DNA of 62,208 bases, filler included, from Asterionella formosa (GCA_002256025.1; 16 parts of 16 records of this genome joined end to end with filler, not necessarily neighbours in it); one strand, 5' to 3'; shown: positions 35,012 to 47,346, counted from the first letter of the whole stretch. The notes: generated by a model not told the origin, from the letters alone. Program-made: numbers and translations.

Positions 35012-35497
35012 TTGTACCAGGTACAATATGTNNNNNNNNNNNNNNNNNNNNNNNNNNNNNNNNNNNNNNNNNNNNTTAATTAATTAANNNNNNNNNNNNN
35101 NNNNNNNNNNNNNNNNNNNNNNNNNNNNNNNATGTCTATGTAAATCATAAAAACGCATTTTTTCTAGTAAGCCGACCCTCATGTAGAAATTTGGTATGTT
35201 AGTAGTTGCATAATCCTTCATATGCGAACAGTAAAGACACTGGTGGTGCCGGCGAATCGATGCAGTCGATAGGAGCAATGGTGATACCTGCTACCAGTAC
35301 CGGTATTGTCGCTAGCTTTGTGCACTGAACTGGAATTACGAGTAAACTACTAGCGCTAGCTTCCACTACGGGTTTAACTGGGTTTTCAATTTTTTACGAC
35401 TACGTTCCCTGTATATTCATTATGCCTATGTGTGCTGTTACCATACTAAAATAATGCGCGGCCCGAAATCGCTGTCACACAATTTTCAGTCACCAAC

Positions 35498-36244
35498 ATG
35501 GAGAATCATGGAGCAAAGAACGCCGCAGTCGACCATAAGAAATCAATTGGACTAGGGACGAATGAAACGCCACCTGTGAACAAAAAGATTAAGTTCATTG
35601 TTTCTGGTTTTGGACCGTTTCAGAACTCAAACGAGAACCCGACAACAGTGATTGCAAATCGATTGATCAAATATTTGGAGAATCGTGAGGTGGGCAATGA
35701 TTCCACCCCTCAACTTTCTGCTATTATAAAGACGTTGGTTATTGAGACATCTGTAGATGCTGCTCGAGAGGAAATCGATCGGCTTTATGAGCAACATATC
35801 AAAGACTCATTGGATCAAACGACAGTGTTCCTGCATCTTGGCGTGAGTAATACGGCATCTTGCTTCCGTTTGGAGCAATGTGCGTACAACGACGCCACAT
35901 TTCGAATCCCCGACGAAAGGGGATATCAACCAAGAAACAAGATTATTGCGGAAAATGTTGCGTACCAGCACTCTTTGTCAACTGATCTCGATACAGCTCA
36001 TTTGAAGCTTCAATTGAACAGGACCTGCCCAAATTTGCCAGTTGAGATCAGTACAAACCCAGGACGATTTGTTTGCAACTATACATACTTTTATAGCTTA
36101 TTGAAAACTCAAATACATGGACAAAGTCTTCAAGCTCTGTTCTTTCATGTGCCCCCTTTTGCGGTCATTGGAGAAGACGAGCAACTTCTTGTGGTTGCGA
36201 CGTTAGTGCAAGGTATTTATAGTCAAATTAATTCACGCCTGTGA
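35498..36244 (+). CDS. PGPEP1: Pyroglutamyl-peptidase I (peptidase C15)
   Basis: VSGFGPF...NPT, LHLGV, FRLEQCAYN (catalytic E), STNPGRFVCNYTYFYSL (catalytic C), FFHVP (catalytic H). Confidence 0.92.
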   Translation: MENHGAKNAAVDHKKSIGLGTNETPPVNKKIKFIVSGFGPFQNSNENPTTVIANRLIKYLENREVGNDSTPQLSAIIKTLVIETSVDAAREEIDRLYEQHIKDSLDQTTVFLHLGVSNTASCFRLEQCAYNDATFRIPDERGYQPRNKIIAENVAYQHSLSTDLDTAHLKLQLNRTCPNLPVEISTNPGRFVCNYTYFYSLLKTQIHGQSLQALFFHVPPFAVIGEDEQLLVVATLVQGIYSQINSRL

Positions 36245-36624
36245 AATTATTTGTAACGACCGGGTAGGAAATCTATCGCCTAGAGAGATTACAGTGACAA
36301 TTCTGTCAAAATCTGATCTAATTTGCATTTTGCCGACTATGACAAAAGTCGATTTCAATTCATGCAGCGATCACCCCACCCCCAAGAAACTAGCCCGTTG
36401 TAGACAAATAATCTTTAATAGCGAGCACAACAAATATACAGAGCCGTCATGATTGTTTATGACATATTTTGATGTATTTTTCGTATATTTAGTTGTTTAT
36501 GAAAGGAGGGAAAGAACGCCCTTGAGAAGTAAATGTGAATGTGATATTTATATGCATGCGTAAGATCCGGTTACGTTGGTAACAATGAACCAGGAAAGGG
36601 ATCCCATTTGCGAGCCGCTGGTGC

Positions 36625-37659
36625 TTAGAAATCAAACATTTGCGAGAAGTCAATGTCATCGAAAGTCGAATCCGAGTCGATGTCAAGGCGATAACTTTGA
36701 ATGGGTGGAGGAAAATCGATGTTCTCCATGATTGGCGAGACGAGAGAAGTGTAACCAGGATCAGGGGAGACAAGGGGATTTCGAGCACACGCATTGTTCA
36801 TCCCAAACGGAATTTCTAGTGGAATAACATCCTCAGATAGCTTGATAACATTCTCCATCCAATCCGACATAGAAACCGTATCTTCGAGCTGTGGGCGATC
36901 ATGAAGCAAGGAGACCCACTTGAATTCATTGTCGTTGAGGTGCACAGCTGCTAGCTTCGGGCCTTCTGAAATCGACGGTGTCATCGTCCCAACAGCTATG
37001 GCTTCTTCCATATCCATGATAACCTTCAGAGGATCAGCCTTGTGGTCCCAACTTACCACACGGTTGTGCCCTGTTGCCTGAATCATCTGGCTTTGCACCG
37101 AAGGTGCTGCCTGACTTATAAAGGAGCAAATAGTAGGAATATCCACTTCCTTGATGTCGGCATCCATAAGCTCTTTCGAGCTTGCAAAGACACCATGAGC
37201 GTGTCGTTTCATAAAGTTTCGCTTTGCGACTGGAAGTGAACAAATTCCGCAATAGCGAAATCGACGACCACTTGCGATGCAATTAGGATGCGAGCAGGCC
37301 AGGATTTGGCCATGATTGATGTCTGTTGAGATCTCAAAATAGGCATGTTCGGCGTTATGATCTTCTGGCATACCACGAGCCTTGCAAGGAATTCGACGAG
37401 GGGCAGAAGCATCGTCGTCCATCCGTTGCTTCTTAGAACAAGGTTGGTGATGAAAATCCTCTCCTAGCCCAGGCGAATGTCTTTTCCTACTAGAAGATTC
37501 AGGCAGATCAGGAGTAACGTAACTTTGCCACTGGGGATCTTGGCAGAGTTGAGCTTTTTCGAAAATGGTGTCCATCATCATGAGGTTCTTGGAGGAGATA
37601 CCTTGTCGAGTGCAAGTGCTCATCCTGGATGTGCTAATCATGTTCGTTCCCTTTGGCAT
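36625..37659 (-). CDS. Uncharacterised protein with diatom-type Cys/His (putative Zn-binding) domain and acidic C-terminus
   Basis: IPCKARGMPEDHNAEHAYFEI...HG..LACSHPNC...GRRFRYCGICSLPVAKRNFMKRHAH; basic NLS-like KKQR; acidic/Phe tail DDIDFSQMFDF. Confidence 0.75.
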   Translation of the reverse strand: MPKGTNMISTSRMSTCTRQGISSKNLMMMDTIFEKAQLCQDPQWQSYVTPDLPESSSRKRHSPGLGEDFHHQPCSKKQRMDDDASAPRRIPCKARGMPEDHNAEHAYFEISTDINHGQILACSHPNCIASGRRFRYCGICSLPVAKRNFMKRHAHGVFASSKELMDADIKEVDIPTICSFISQAAPSVQSQMIQATGHNRVVSWDHKADPLKVIMDMEEAIAVGTMTPSISEGPKLAAVHLNDNEFKWVSLLHDRPQLEDTVSMSDWMENVIKLSEDVIPLEIPFGMNNACARNPLVSPDPGYTSLVSPIMENIDFPPPIQSYRLDIDSDSTFDDIDFSQMFDF

Positions 37660-38109
37660 TTAGGTGATAACTGTCAGATTTAACAATAAGGGGCTTGTCC
37701 TCTCGACCAGCACAGTGAACAAACAGGCATGACAACTTACGATGTAGGATTGCTTGGATCTAGTGATGGTTGTTGCAAGTTTGTGGTTTCCTTTGGGTAC
37801 TTTCGAAGTATTATGGGCAAAACAAAAAAGAATGCTTTCGCAATTTCTCATCCAATATTACGTCTTTTTGTTCGTTTATCGTCATACCTCCAGTTTGTAT
37901 AATTGCGAACCGACGATGGTGCTCGGTATTTGCTATGAAGTGGTCGTTTTTATCTTGTTACGGTGCGACAGGCATGCTCAGTCAGGGCAATAGCTACAAC
38001 AGAAACACGTGGTCAATACCAAGGTTGATTAATAGAGTGTGCAATGCAGTACTTGGACTATCGCCGGGACACAGAGACAATCTTACTGCCGCTGTGCAGT
38101 ATTTGTAGT

Positions 38110-38812
38110 TCCAACTACCGGTATACTGAATTGTACCTGGTACTACTATAGGTACCAGGTACTGTACCATCTTTAAGGATGCATGCTGGGTTGAGAAGGC
38201 CAAGGTCAACTTCAATCTGCCTTCGAACACAAACGAAGCAAAAAGTGATGCGGACATCTGCTAAAACTTTAACAAAGGTCAACTTATTAGGATTAATATT
38301 TAGAATTGTACGTTATTTTTCCTTTAGGTAGACTACCCTACCCACGACTGTCACAATGAAGAAAGCCTAAGAACAGCTCTTTTATTTATTATTCTCCCTT
38401 TATAGACATATCTGTACATAAGTCATTTATCCATCATTCAGAAATGAGAACAGCGTCTTGGCACCTGCGTCAGTGCCAGGGTTTGCATACGTAAGATAGG
38501 GTCCAGGTAAGAGTTGGAGTAAGGATTGAAGGCTGCCACCTGTACCAGGTACGCGCTACCAGGTACCCTGGAACACAGAGGGAGCACCAGGTGCCTGGTA
38601 CCTGGTATCAGTACCATGTTGACACCCTTTTCATCGCATATGTTGGATACCGTGGGTACACCGTGCATTAATCCAGCAAAAGGTGTTGTGATATACCCGT
38701 ACGTTACCGGTAGGCAGTTCATTGTTTACTTCACGCATCTTATTGTTACTGGTATAAATTATGGTATCACTAAATACAGTATTGCGTTAGAACCGGTACC
38801 AGGTACCAGTTA
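38110..38812. repeat. TACCWGGTA/GGTACC-rich intergenic tract
   Basis: Clusters at ~38115-38170, 38540-38615 and 38790-38810. Confidence 0.55.
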
Positions 38813-39033
38813 AAAACTGTAAGCCACCGTTATTTTACTCCATCTTCCGACTGAAAATATTTATGTAATTTATCAATCGAAACCTGATGCAAGTACAAAG
38901 AGTTTGTTCGACGATGAACTCTANNNNNNNNNNNNNNNNNNNNNNNNNNNNNNNNNNNNNNNNNNNNTTAATTAATTAANNNNNNNNNNNNNNNNNNNNN
39001 NNNNNNNNNNNNNNNNNNNNNNNGAATTCATAT

Positions 39034-39300
39034 TGGATGCTGACAATATCGATGGTAAGGATGATTGTTGATATGCTTCATGCACCCACTTGCCAACAAC
39101 CACATCGCTTCGATTTTCTCCATCAATTCATGCCCAATAGCACTCCGAAGTGGATGCTGACAATATTGATGGTAAGGATGATTGTTGATATACTTCATGC
39201 ACCCACTTGCCGACAACCACATCGCTTCGATTTTCTCCATCAATTCATGCCCAATAGCACTCCGAATTCTCCATCAATTCATGCCCAATAGCACTCCGAA
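39034..39300. repeat. 117-bp tandem repeat x2 plus a ~34-bp re-duplication of the unit end
   Basis: tggatgctgacaatat at 39034 and 39151; ttctccatcaattcatgcccaatagcactccgaa occurs three times. Confidence 0.85.
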
Positions 39301-40733
39301 GATTTGCAGTCGATATCACACACTAATTTTTAGTTTAGCATTTCAAATTTAATATTAAATGTTTCGTTCCATACCTGTTTTGTCCTCATTAGGGTTGGTT
39401 GTTGCTTGCATCCTCACGAATCATGTCGCGATATTTCTCGAGATCCATTTCGTTCCGTTTTTCTCAATCAATTCAGGGCAGATTGCAATCAAACAATTTG
39501 TAGTGAAGTCGTCTTTCGCAATGATTTATCCTCTAAAAAATTTATCTTGAACTTTTAAAATGTTTAGTTGTAACATCAACTAGTCCTGCCTTGGAAATAA
39601 CTGTATGATTGTGAACCAGCCATCACATGAAACCACGATAAGTGATCTTGTTCAGCAAAACAGTAAATATTATTTACGTGAAGTGCACAACCATAACTGT
39701 ACCTGGTAGCATGAATTAAGACACCACAAATATCCTTACTATTTCACAAAGGAAGATGTATGTCGTAAAAGAATTAGCCACAAGAGCAGGGTCTTAGTTG
39801 AACTTTGAAATGAATTATTTGAAACATCAACTAATTCAGTCTTGAGTTCAAAGTTTTTTGTGAAATCTTCACATGAAACCATTAAAACTTCACATGAAAC
39901 CGTTAAAAGTAACCTTTTCTCCGGGAAGAGTGGCATTAATTCATATGAAGTACCACATAATTAACACTCCTACGTAGAACAAATTTCGAAAAGTGGCGTA
40001 TTTCGCGGCTTAGATGTAGGCTGCGCGCCAGGAATTCATCGATTTATTATGGTGCACAGGAGCATGCAACATGACATTGCTGCATATTATGAACCGACAA
40101 ACTATCCCATTCGGACGCTAAATTTATTTTCTAGCCGACAGTTATTTAAATACCTGAATATGTGTAAAAAAAGTGATGCCAGCTGAATGGAGTAAATATT
40201 AATTTAGCTTCTTCATCCCATTTATCATCAACAGCAACCTTTGGGACTAAATATGGAAGTATCGCTAGTAGCTAATTGACGAATTCAAAGCACAATTATT
40301 ATTGATTAATACATAAATTGCTACAACATTGCTTGAATAAGTATGGTCGTATCTGGCATATTCAGTCCAACACATGAATTCACTCGATTTAACGTTGACT
40401 CTCAGTTCAAAATCTTCCAAATGTTGGCTCTCAGTTTTTAGGTGGTACCAGGTACCAGGTACAGCTATTTGAAGAGTTGATTAACGCAAAAAATTGGAAC
40501 TGTTGTGCAAAAATGTTTCCTGAACAATGTACTGCCTATATAAACGATCGTAATCCATACTTAAACTTAGACTGTAGCCGAAATTGGCTTCTATACTTAG
40601 TTTCAGCAACTCTAGTGTTGACCTAACAAAGAAGCACTAGCTATTGTGAAGTAACAACCTAGCAGAATCTCCGAACCAATGACACCCAGTAACCTATGTG
40701 AACAAAAAAAGATTGAATTGCACCTATATGTTT

Positions 40734-41252
40734 TTATGCAATTTCAATCACAGCACCAATTTCTTCCAGTTTCGCCTTGAGTTCCTCTGCTACTTCCTTT
40801 TTCATCCCCTTTTGAATAACTTTGGGTGCTCCTTCCACCAATTCCTTTGCTTCCTTCAACCCCAATCCAGAAATAGCTCTGATTTCCTTAATCACTTTAA
40901 TTTTGGCTGTTGCATCGAATGACATTAATTTTAGATCAAAAATTGTTTTTTCCGCCACTGGAGCCGCCGTCTCTTGTGACGATGATTGGTCTCCTTCCTG
41001 TATGGTTCCAGAATTTTTTTGCATTTGTTCCATAGTTGGGACCTTGAGTCCACATCTCAATAATACCAATTCCGCAACTTTCGAAACATCGGCGGGGTTT
41101 AAAATTGCCATCCGAGTAAAAAGAGAATCCACACGTGGAGTGGAAAATACATGCGGTACTACGGGAGATGCTTCAGTGGACAAGGTTCTCATCATCGGAA
41201 GAACTCGTTGTTGTGAAACGAGTCGTCTCATCAGCATGGAAGGCCACATCAT
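40734..41252 (-). CDS. MRPL12: Mitochondrial ribosomal protein bL12m (L7/L12)
   Basis: Arg-rich presequence ([20 protein letters not shown]); C-terminal domain [39 protein letters not shown].....[16 protein letters not shown]. Confidence 0.9.
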   Translation of the reverse strand: MMWPSMLMRRLVSQQRVLPMMRTLSTEASPVVPHVFSTPRVDSLFTRMAILNPADVSKVAELVLLRCGLKVPTMEQMQKNSGTIQEGDQSSSQETAAPVAEKTIFDLKLMSFDATAKIKVIKEIRAISGLGLKEAKELVEGAPKVIQKGMKKEVAEELKAKLEEIGAVIEIA

Positions 41253-41509
41253 TGTATGAATATTAAATGTGGATGGGAAGATTGCCTTCAATGAATGGGT
41301 AAATCTGAAACAGTTCTATTCAATTGGCCTTGTCGTAAAGGGGTGCTCTTGCTGCCTCTTTAGGCGTTTGTGCTCAATAATGAGGGAGTGAGTGTTGTTG
41401 GCGGAGTGGTAATTAATACTTCGATGTACCCGTACAAAGTCACCGAGATTGCTGTCAATGTTGTTGCCGTGGATTTTATAGACGCATCTGTATCTACTTA
41501 AAATGTACG

Positions 41510-42435
41510 GGTGGGTACCAGGTAGTCTACCAGTACCGGGGAACCTGGTACCCCTGGTACCTGGTACCCTCTATTCTTCAGTAAGGCTTGGTTACATACC
41601 GGTTGCTGGTATACCGGTACCTTGCATGTTGCGGTACCTGGTACCAGGTAATTGTGCTAAAGCTCAATAACCTCAACTTGCTCTGGTACCTGGTAGGTGG
41701 ACCGGGTACCAGGTACCTGGTACCAGGTGAGTAGGTACCAGGTACCAGGTACAAGGTATCGGACGAGTTGGAATCAAAGCTGGCGGCTCCTGAGCATCAG
41801 GTACAGTACCAGGTTCCGGTGCCCCGTCTAAATACCCTGGTACCAGTGGTACCGGTATATTCTATGTAGCTACCGGTACATGTCCGGCTGTGGTGTGACC
41901 AGAGCAATTTTGATGAATATAAATAGTTCTTCTGCCCTTCCAATGATTACTTTACGCTTTAATAGTTATAAGTGTAATTATCTGCAGCTTGTAAGTCTAC
42001 TTAAAATGTACTATCTACTTTCTCAATTTATGCTTGTCCCCTTTTTAGTTATGAATTAGTGGCGTTGAAAGCACCACCAGCAAACACAAGTAGCATAGTG
42101 CCGGTATTCATATCACAGAAAGTATGCCTGTAGAAACTGAAGGATCAGCCAGCGCTGCATTCTCAGGCTGTGAAATCTACGTTGACTACCGTTCCGGTAC
42201 CGGTAGGTTCATAAAATCACCTGGTCGTGGGCTGATGGGGTGATGGCACATAGGAACTCTATCTACGAGGTACCAGGTACCTGGTACTCGGATTACCTGG
42301 TAGGAGTACATGGTACCGTACCAGCGCCGGTACTGGCACCTGGTTCCAAACATGTAGAATGATGTACATTTTACCAGTCAGAACCACAATGAGTGCAGGG
42401 TACCTGTTACCAGGTACCAGGTACCAGTACCGGCA
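41510..42435. repeat. Densest TACCWGGTA/GGTACC tracts, between two divergent genes
   Basis: For example gggtaccaggtacctggtaccaggtgagtaggtaccaggtaccaggtac (~41704-41752) and 42269-42430. Confidence 0.75.
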
Positions 42436-42617
42436 CGGACGTGTGTTTACGTTCTCATCATTGCAGCGCCCTTTTTCAATTCCGACCACACTTTAAGTTG
42501 TCATCTCCAAGATACAATAAGCTTTGTAATAGATTTGGTGATCTCCATCAACATCTGTTTCTACTCTTTATTCTGATTCCTCCTTCCTTCCAAATCGACA
42601 ACACCCGACCAACAAAA

Positions 42618-42810
42618 ATGAATCAGAGGCTAATATCTCAACTCTTGCTTCAACACCGAATGGGTGGTGCGCTTCGGTCATCTATAACTCGCCGAACCGG
42701 TACGAGTTCCAATGGAGCCACCTTTCATTGGCATTATCCTAATTATATGAATACTGCAACAGCAACGATACGATGGTATCAAGTGAGTCCACTTGTATTG
42801 GATAAAGACC
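42618..42810 (+). CDS. N-terminus of a probable mitochondrion-targeted protein (truncated)
   Basis: caacaaaaATG context; MNQRLISQLLLQHRMGGALRSSITRR...IRWYQ is Arg-rich and lacks acidic residues; open to the contig end. Confidence 0.5.
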
Positions 42811-42910
42811 NNNNNNNNNNNNNNNNNNNNNNNNNNNNNNNNNNNNNNNNNNNNTTAATTAATTAANNNNNNNNNNNNNNNNNNNNNNNNNNNNNNNNNN
42901 NNNNNNNNNN

Positions 42911-45620
42911 GGGGGGATGTTGTGGGAGTGTTGGGGTGGAGTGTGTGAATCTTTGTAGAGCACGAACAATGTAACCAGGCATAGTGAGGCCAACGGTGCG
43001 ATGTTTGTAGTCCCATGTCAGCGTAAGGCCAATGTAACGAGAGCCAGTCCAATCAGTTGTGAGACGGTATTTGGTGTGTAAAGTGGTGAGGAGACGGTCC
43101 ACGTCACTACGTTTGGTGTAACTTACACCAAAGTCATCAACAGCAAGCGTAAACATGAGATCACTGGTGGTATCCATCCATAGGCCAGCCAGGGGTCGTG
43201 ACTGGGCAGGGGAGGTAATGATGCAGGAGCAAGAACTGAGCAAGTTGATCATTTTCAAGTTTACTAGCCTGAGGCAGCCCATACATGCCACGACGGATTT
43301 CAGCGTATATGTGCCCATCAATGATTTTGGGAGCTAGGTTGTAGAGGGTTTGAATGTGTGGGGGGATCATCCATATAGGGATGCGCATGTATTCATACTT
43401 GGCAGGTGCAAGATGACTTTCCAGATAAAAATCAGATAAATCCAAAGTCATGAAGCGGCCATTGGGGGTACTGATGGTGCTGTTGAACAAACATTTTGCA
43501 GTAGTGAGATCAGCAGTCTTGGTGCTGACATTGCCGGTGTAAATTACACGATCACCCCCAGCGGTCCAACGAACGCATTGGGGAAGAATGGTTTTTTCGG
43601 GGCGATCGGCACACACCATGCGGATGTAAGCGGCGCATTTGTGTGAGAGCATCTCATGCTTATTAATGAAAAAACAGCAATTAGTACCTGTGGGCATGTC
43701 AGAATGGGGTCCCAAGCCCTGAAATAACCGACCAATTTCTAAGCCATTGGCGGTGGCCCACAGGGGAGCAGTGCTGCAAGTTAATAATTCTTTATATCCA
43801 GCAATTTTGCCATTGTCAGGGTTAATAGTGGTGACATGGAAACAAGAATTAGTGGCCAGGGGAGTAGCACTGGTGGTTTGAGGAGGGGCGGAGAGAGCAC
43901 ACAGTTGGCAAGCAAAGATTGGGTGTGGGGACGGCTGGCATGTGGTGCATCACGTGGTTTGTTTTTATGGCAACGACGGCTCTTGGGCACAGTGGTAGTG
44001 CCGTAAGTGACCGGAGGGGAAGGTGGTAGGGTACTGGGCAGCACAACAGCATCGCGATAGGTGCAAGGGGGTGCTGGAATGATCTTGCAGCCACTGGCAG
44101 GAGGGGACCTAGGGTTAGGGTTAGGGTTACCGGCGAGGTGAGGGCAAGGGTTAGGGTTAGGGTTAGTAGGGTTAACAACACTCGGGTCGGTAGGGGTAGG
44201 GTTAGGGTTAAGCACCCTCAGTGGTTGGGCAGCGCCATCGAGCGCTGGAGAGACCGGGAAAGGTGTACAGGCATCAGGATCAGGGATAAGAAGGTGGATG
44301 GTGGATGCTGTGGGCGTACCGGGCACCCTCAGTGATGGAATGGGGCTACGCAGGAGGGGAGCGACGATGGGTAGTTGGGTGAGCTCAGGTGGCTGGTGAG
44401 AGAATTTCAAGAGCTGCTGGTGAGCAGCTTTGTGGGTTGCAGTGAGTGGGGCAATGGGAGATCGAGTGGTAGGATGTAACAAGGCATAGGCAATGTCCTG
44501 CAAACTGGTTGTGATGAGGTCAGTGGATGAATTATGGGGTAGGTGGACTTTGGTTGGAAACCATGAGACAGTATTGCAGACTCGGATGGAACGTGTTTCC
44601 CAGACCACATCCAGATGTAGCTAGTAGTAGCAATAGGAATCCACAGCAGGGCCGACATACCAACCATCGAGAGCATGCGGAGCCCATATTGTGCGGTGTT
44701 GGGGCTTGGCATGAACAAGGACCCGACAGCCAGGTGGAGCGAGGGGGACACAGTTGTAATCATATGTTCCATTGACCTGTGCCCAAGCAGACAGTTTGGG
44801 GTTGATGCGTGAGCCACAGAGGAGATTAAGAGTAAGTTCAGCTTGAACTAATAGTTGGTCCCACAAGTGGAGAGGAAAGTCTTTGTCGACACTGCATAGA
44901 CTGGCAATGAAATTGTTTTGAAAGGTGCGAATTGCATGTTCAGCGGCATTGCGATGATGGACAGCCAGCGGGACCAACTGAAAGTCAATAGCTTCGGCGT
45001 CCAAGAACTCTTTGAGGAGTGTAGAACACTCGTTGTCAAGGCATTGAAGTTTGGGACATAGGCCAGCTTTGCACAAGCGTTGGTGTAATGTTTTATATGC
45101 TGCAAGGAGGCAGGAAGCGGTTCGGTTATGAAAAGGCTGAACAACAATGTAGTTGCTGTCAAAATCATATAAAACCATAATGTAGTTGTTTCCAGTGCTG
45201 GAGGGGAGGATGAATTTTCCGGTTTGATCGGTGTAAATTTGGCCTGTGGGTGCAATAATGGACGCAAAACACATATGGCTGGGTAGGGATTGTAACACCC
45301 TTAAGGTGGAAATCAGCATCATCCAGCACGGTGGTAGGAATGGATGAAAGTTCAGACTCAATGATAGTTGGGGGCGCACGTGTGGACCGTAAGTTTTGAT
45401 GTGTTTGATCGAGGTGGCCTTTGATGGTTGCGGTGGAATGAGCGAGGGGGATGTTTGCATAGTGTAGTTAAAGTTAGACCTGGAAAATTGACAAGATACC
45501 CATGGAGTTATGCGCTTTCCAAAGTAGAGATAACAGAAGAAAAGAGGGCCGCATGGGCAAAGGCAACAAGGGCTGGTGCATTGGGACTGCCAATGGCGGT
45601 AGCAGCGTAGTGTTTAGCTA
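42911..45620 (-). mobile_element. Degenerate Ty1/Copia (CoDi-type) retrotransposon: pre-integrase, integrase, linker, RT
   Basis: LVAFAHAALFS...FPGLT, IYTDQTGKF..SSTGNNYIMVLYDFDSN, LDNECS, HHRNAAEHAIRTF, APHALDGWYVGPA; RT: VRWTAGGDRV.Y, TADLTTAKCLFNS, LDLSDFYL, YAEIRRGMYGLPQA, FTLAVDDFGV. Integrase-before-RT order; frameshifts and stops. Confidence 0.92.
44110..44210 (+). repeat. Telomere-type (TTAGGG)n tracts inside the Copia integrase-RT linker
   Basis: tagggttagggttagggtta (44110), agggttagggttagggttag (44147), tagggttagggtta (44197); reads NPNPNP on the coding strand. Confidence 0.75.
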
Positions 45621-46553
45621 GGGGTAGGCAATGGTGGACCACCACTGGTACAGTGGACAGCAGAGTGAGCGTTGGCAAAGAGTTCCTTGCGAAGGCGGGT
45701 TACAGTGAGGGCTGTAGGTTTGCCCTCGATCGACGTCAAGAGCGGATGAGGGAATGAGAAAACAGCGGAAACGAGTGGAGTCGCCATGGTGGAAGAAGGC
45801 CCGAGAGACAGGGAAAGTGAACGGGCAAGTGGTGTTGCACAGTTGATTGTTGAAAACAGTGCTGGTTTGCACCGCTGACAAGAGCCGCAACGTCACAGGT
45901 GTGGACAAGGGAGAGAGAACAGATATTGTAGTTCTGTTGAGGGGAACCTTGTCGTGAATAAAGGTGCACTACAATATTATGACTATTCCATTGCTGTTTC
46001 GAGTACATCGTTGTTAGCACTCACGCATGTACCTAATCTGGTGGCTGCGCCGGTATGGTTCGTACGGCGCATGTATGGAGCATCATATGCAGATATTAAC
46101 AGAATCTACACACATACCGGTACCTGTATATATAATTAATTAGCGCTATCATATCATCAAGAATGCAACGACACACCAACGGGAGGACTGGAAAGCCTGT
46201 CAGAATGTGTCTGTTAGCCTGTTGATGTCGACAGGTGTCCGAAGACTAACGGTACCGGTAGATGAAGTCTGTTGAGGAATGTCTACCGTACCCCGGTGGT
46301 AAATGGAAATAGGGTAGACACTATTTATATAGTAGAAAAATACATATACCGGTATGCCAACGAGCGGCGCGAGATCTTGACCCTGGTCATTCCAGGGCAG
46401 TACTGGAGCACGCTAGGAGGAAGGGCCATAAATTTCAACAAGCCTGTTCCATCCACGACGTCGTTGATTCATGTCACATCTATATACAACTGACTTGCCT
46501 CGTACTGTAAATCACCTCTATTGAAGTTCGCTGCGAACAAATATTCAGCTAGG

Positions 46554-46695
46554 ATGGAGCCACATGATAAGAATAACAACGATGTCGACGACGCTGATGT
46601 CGACGACCTCATGGATGCCATTTTCGGTGATGACGATCAGCCCGAAAATGATTCCAAGTTGGATGACGACGATGAAGACTTGGACAATAGCGAAA
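46554..46695 (+). CDS. N-terminus of an unknown acidic protein (truncated)
   Basis: MEPHDKNNNDVDDADVDDLMDAIFGDDDQPENDSKLDDDDEDLDNSE, open to the contig end. Confidence 0.35.
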
Positions 46696-47346
46696 NNNNN
46701 NNNNNNNNNNNNNNNNNNNNNNNNNNNNNNNNNNNNNNNTTAATTAATTAANNNNNNNNNNNNNNNNNNNNNNNNNNNNNNNNNNNNNNNNNNNNTTAGT
46801 ATGATTTATAGCCCATTTGTACTCCCCTATTTCTAGGTAAGTATTTCATTGTGCTACCTGCCGACAAGACCTGTGCTTCCCTAGTTTTGTTAGCATAGTA
46901 AGTGGCTGATGAGTCCCCAACCGCCTTTCACAAAAGGTGATTGTCTTAGCCGCAGCATTCGGGGAAACTCCGACCGCCTAGGAAGGCGACACAAGCTGCT
47001 TGTGGGGGGAGGGCAACCAACTATTTATTGCGCACCAGCAGGCAAGACCGTGTGGGACAATAAGGAGTGTGGGAGTCCAACCAACAATTGCTTCACAAAA
47101 CGATAAAACCATAGATTGAAGGCAATGTGCTAAACCATTAAGCCATTCCCTGGGCAACAGATAGTACTAATATGATTTTTGTTTTAGTGAAACTGGAAGA
47201 ATAAATGACGATGTGATGATCATGGCAGCAACTTTCTAAATTGAAACGACTTTAAACTGGCTGGTTCATCATGATCATTCATCTGTAACAAAAATATGCT
47301 GAGATCACAGTAAAAGTAGTAAATAATTTTGGTTTTTTTTGATCCC

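Noticed and set aside
46834..46846. ATACTTACCT on the minus strand resembling the U1 snRNA 5' end
   Set aside because: The following sequence does not match U1 stem-loop I, and it is cut by the contig edge.
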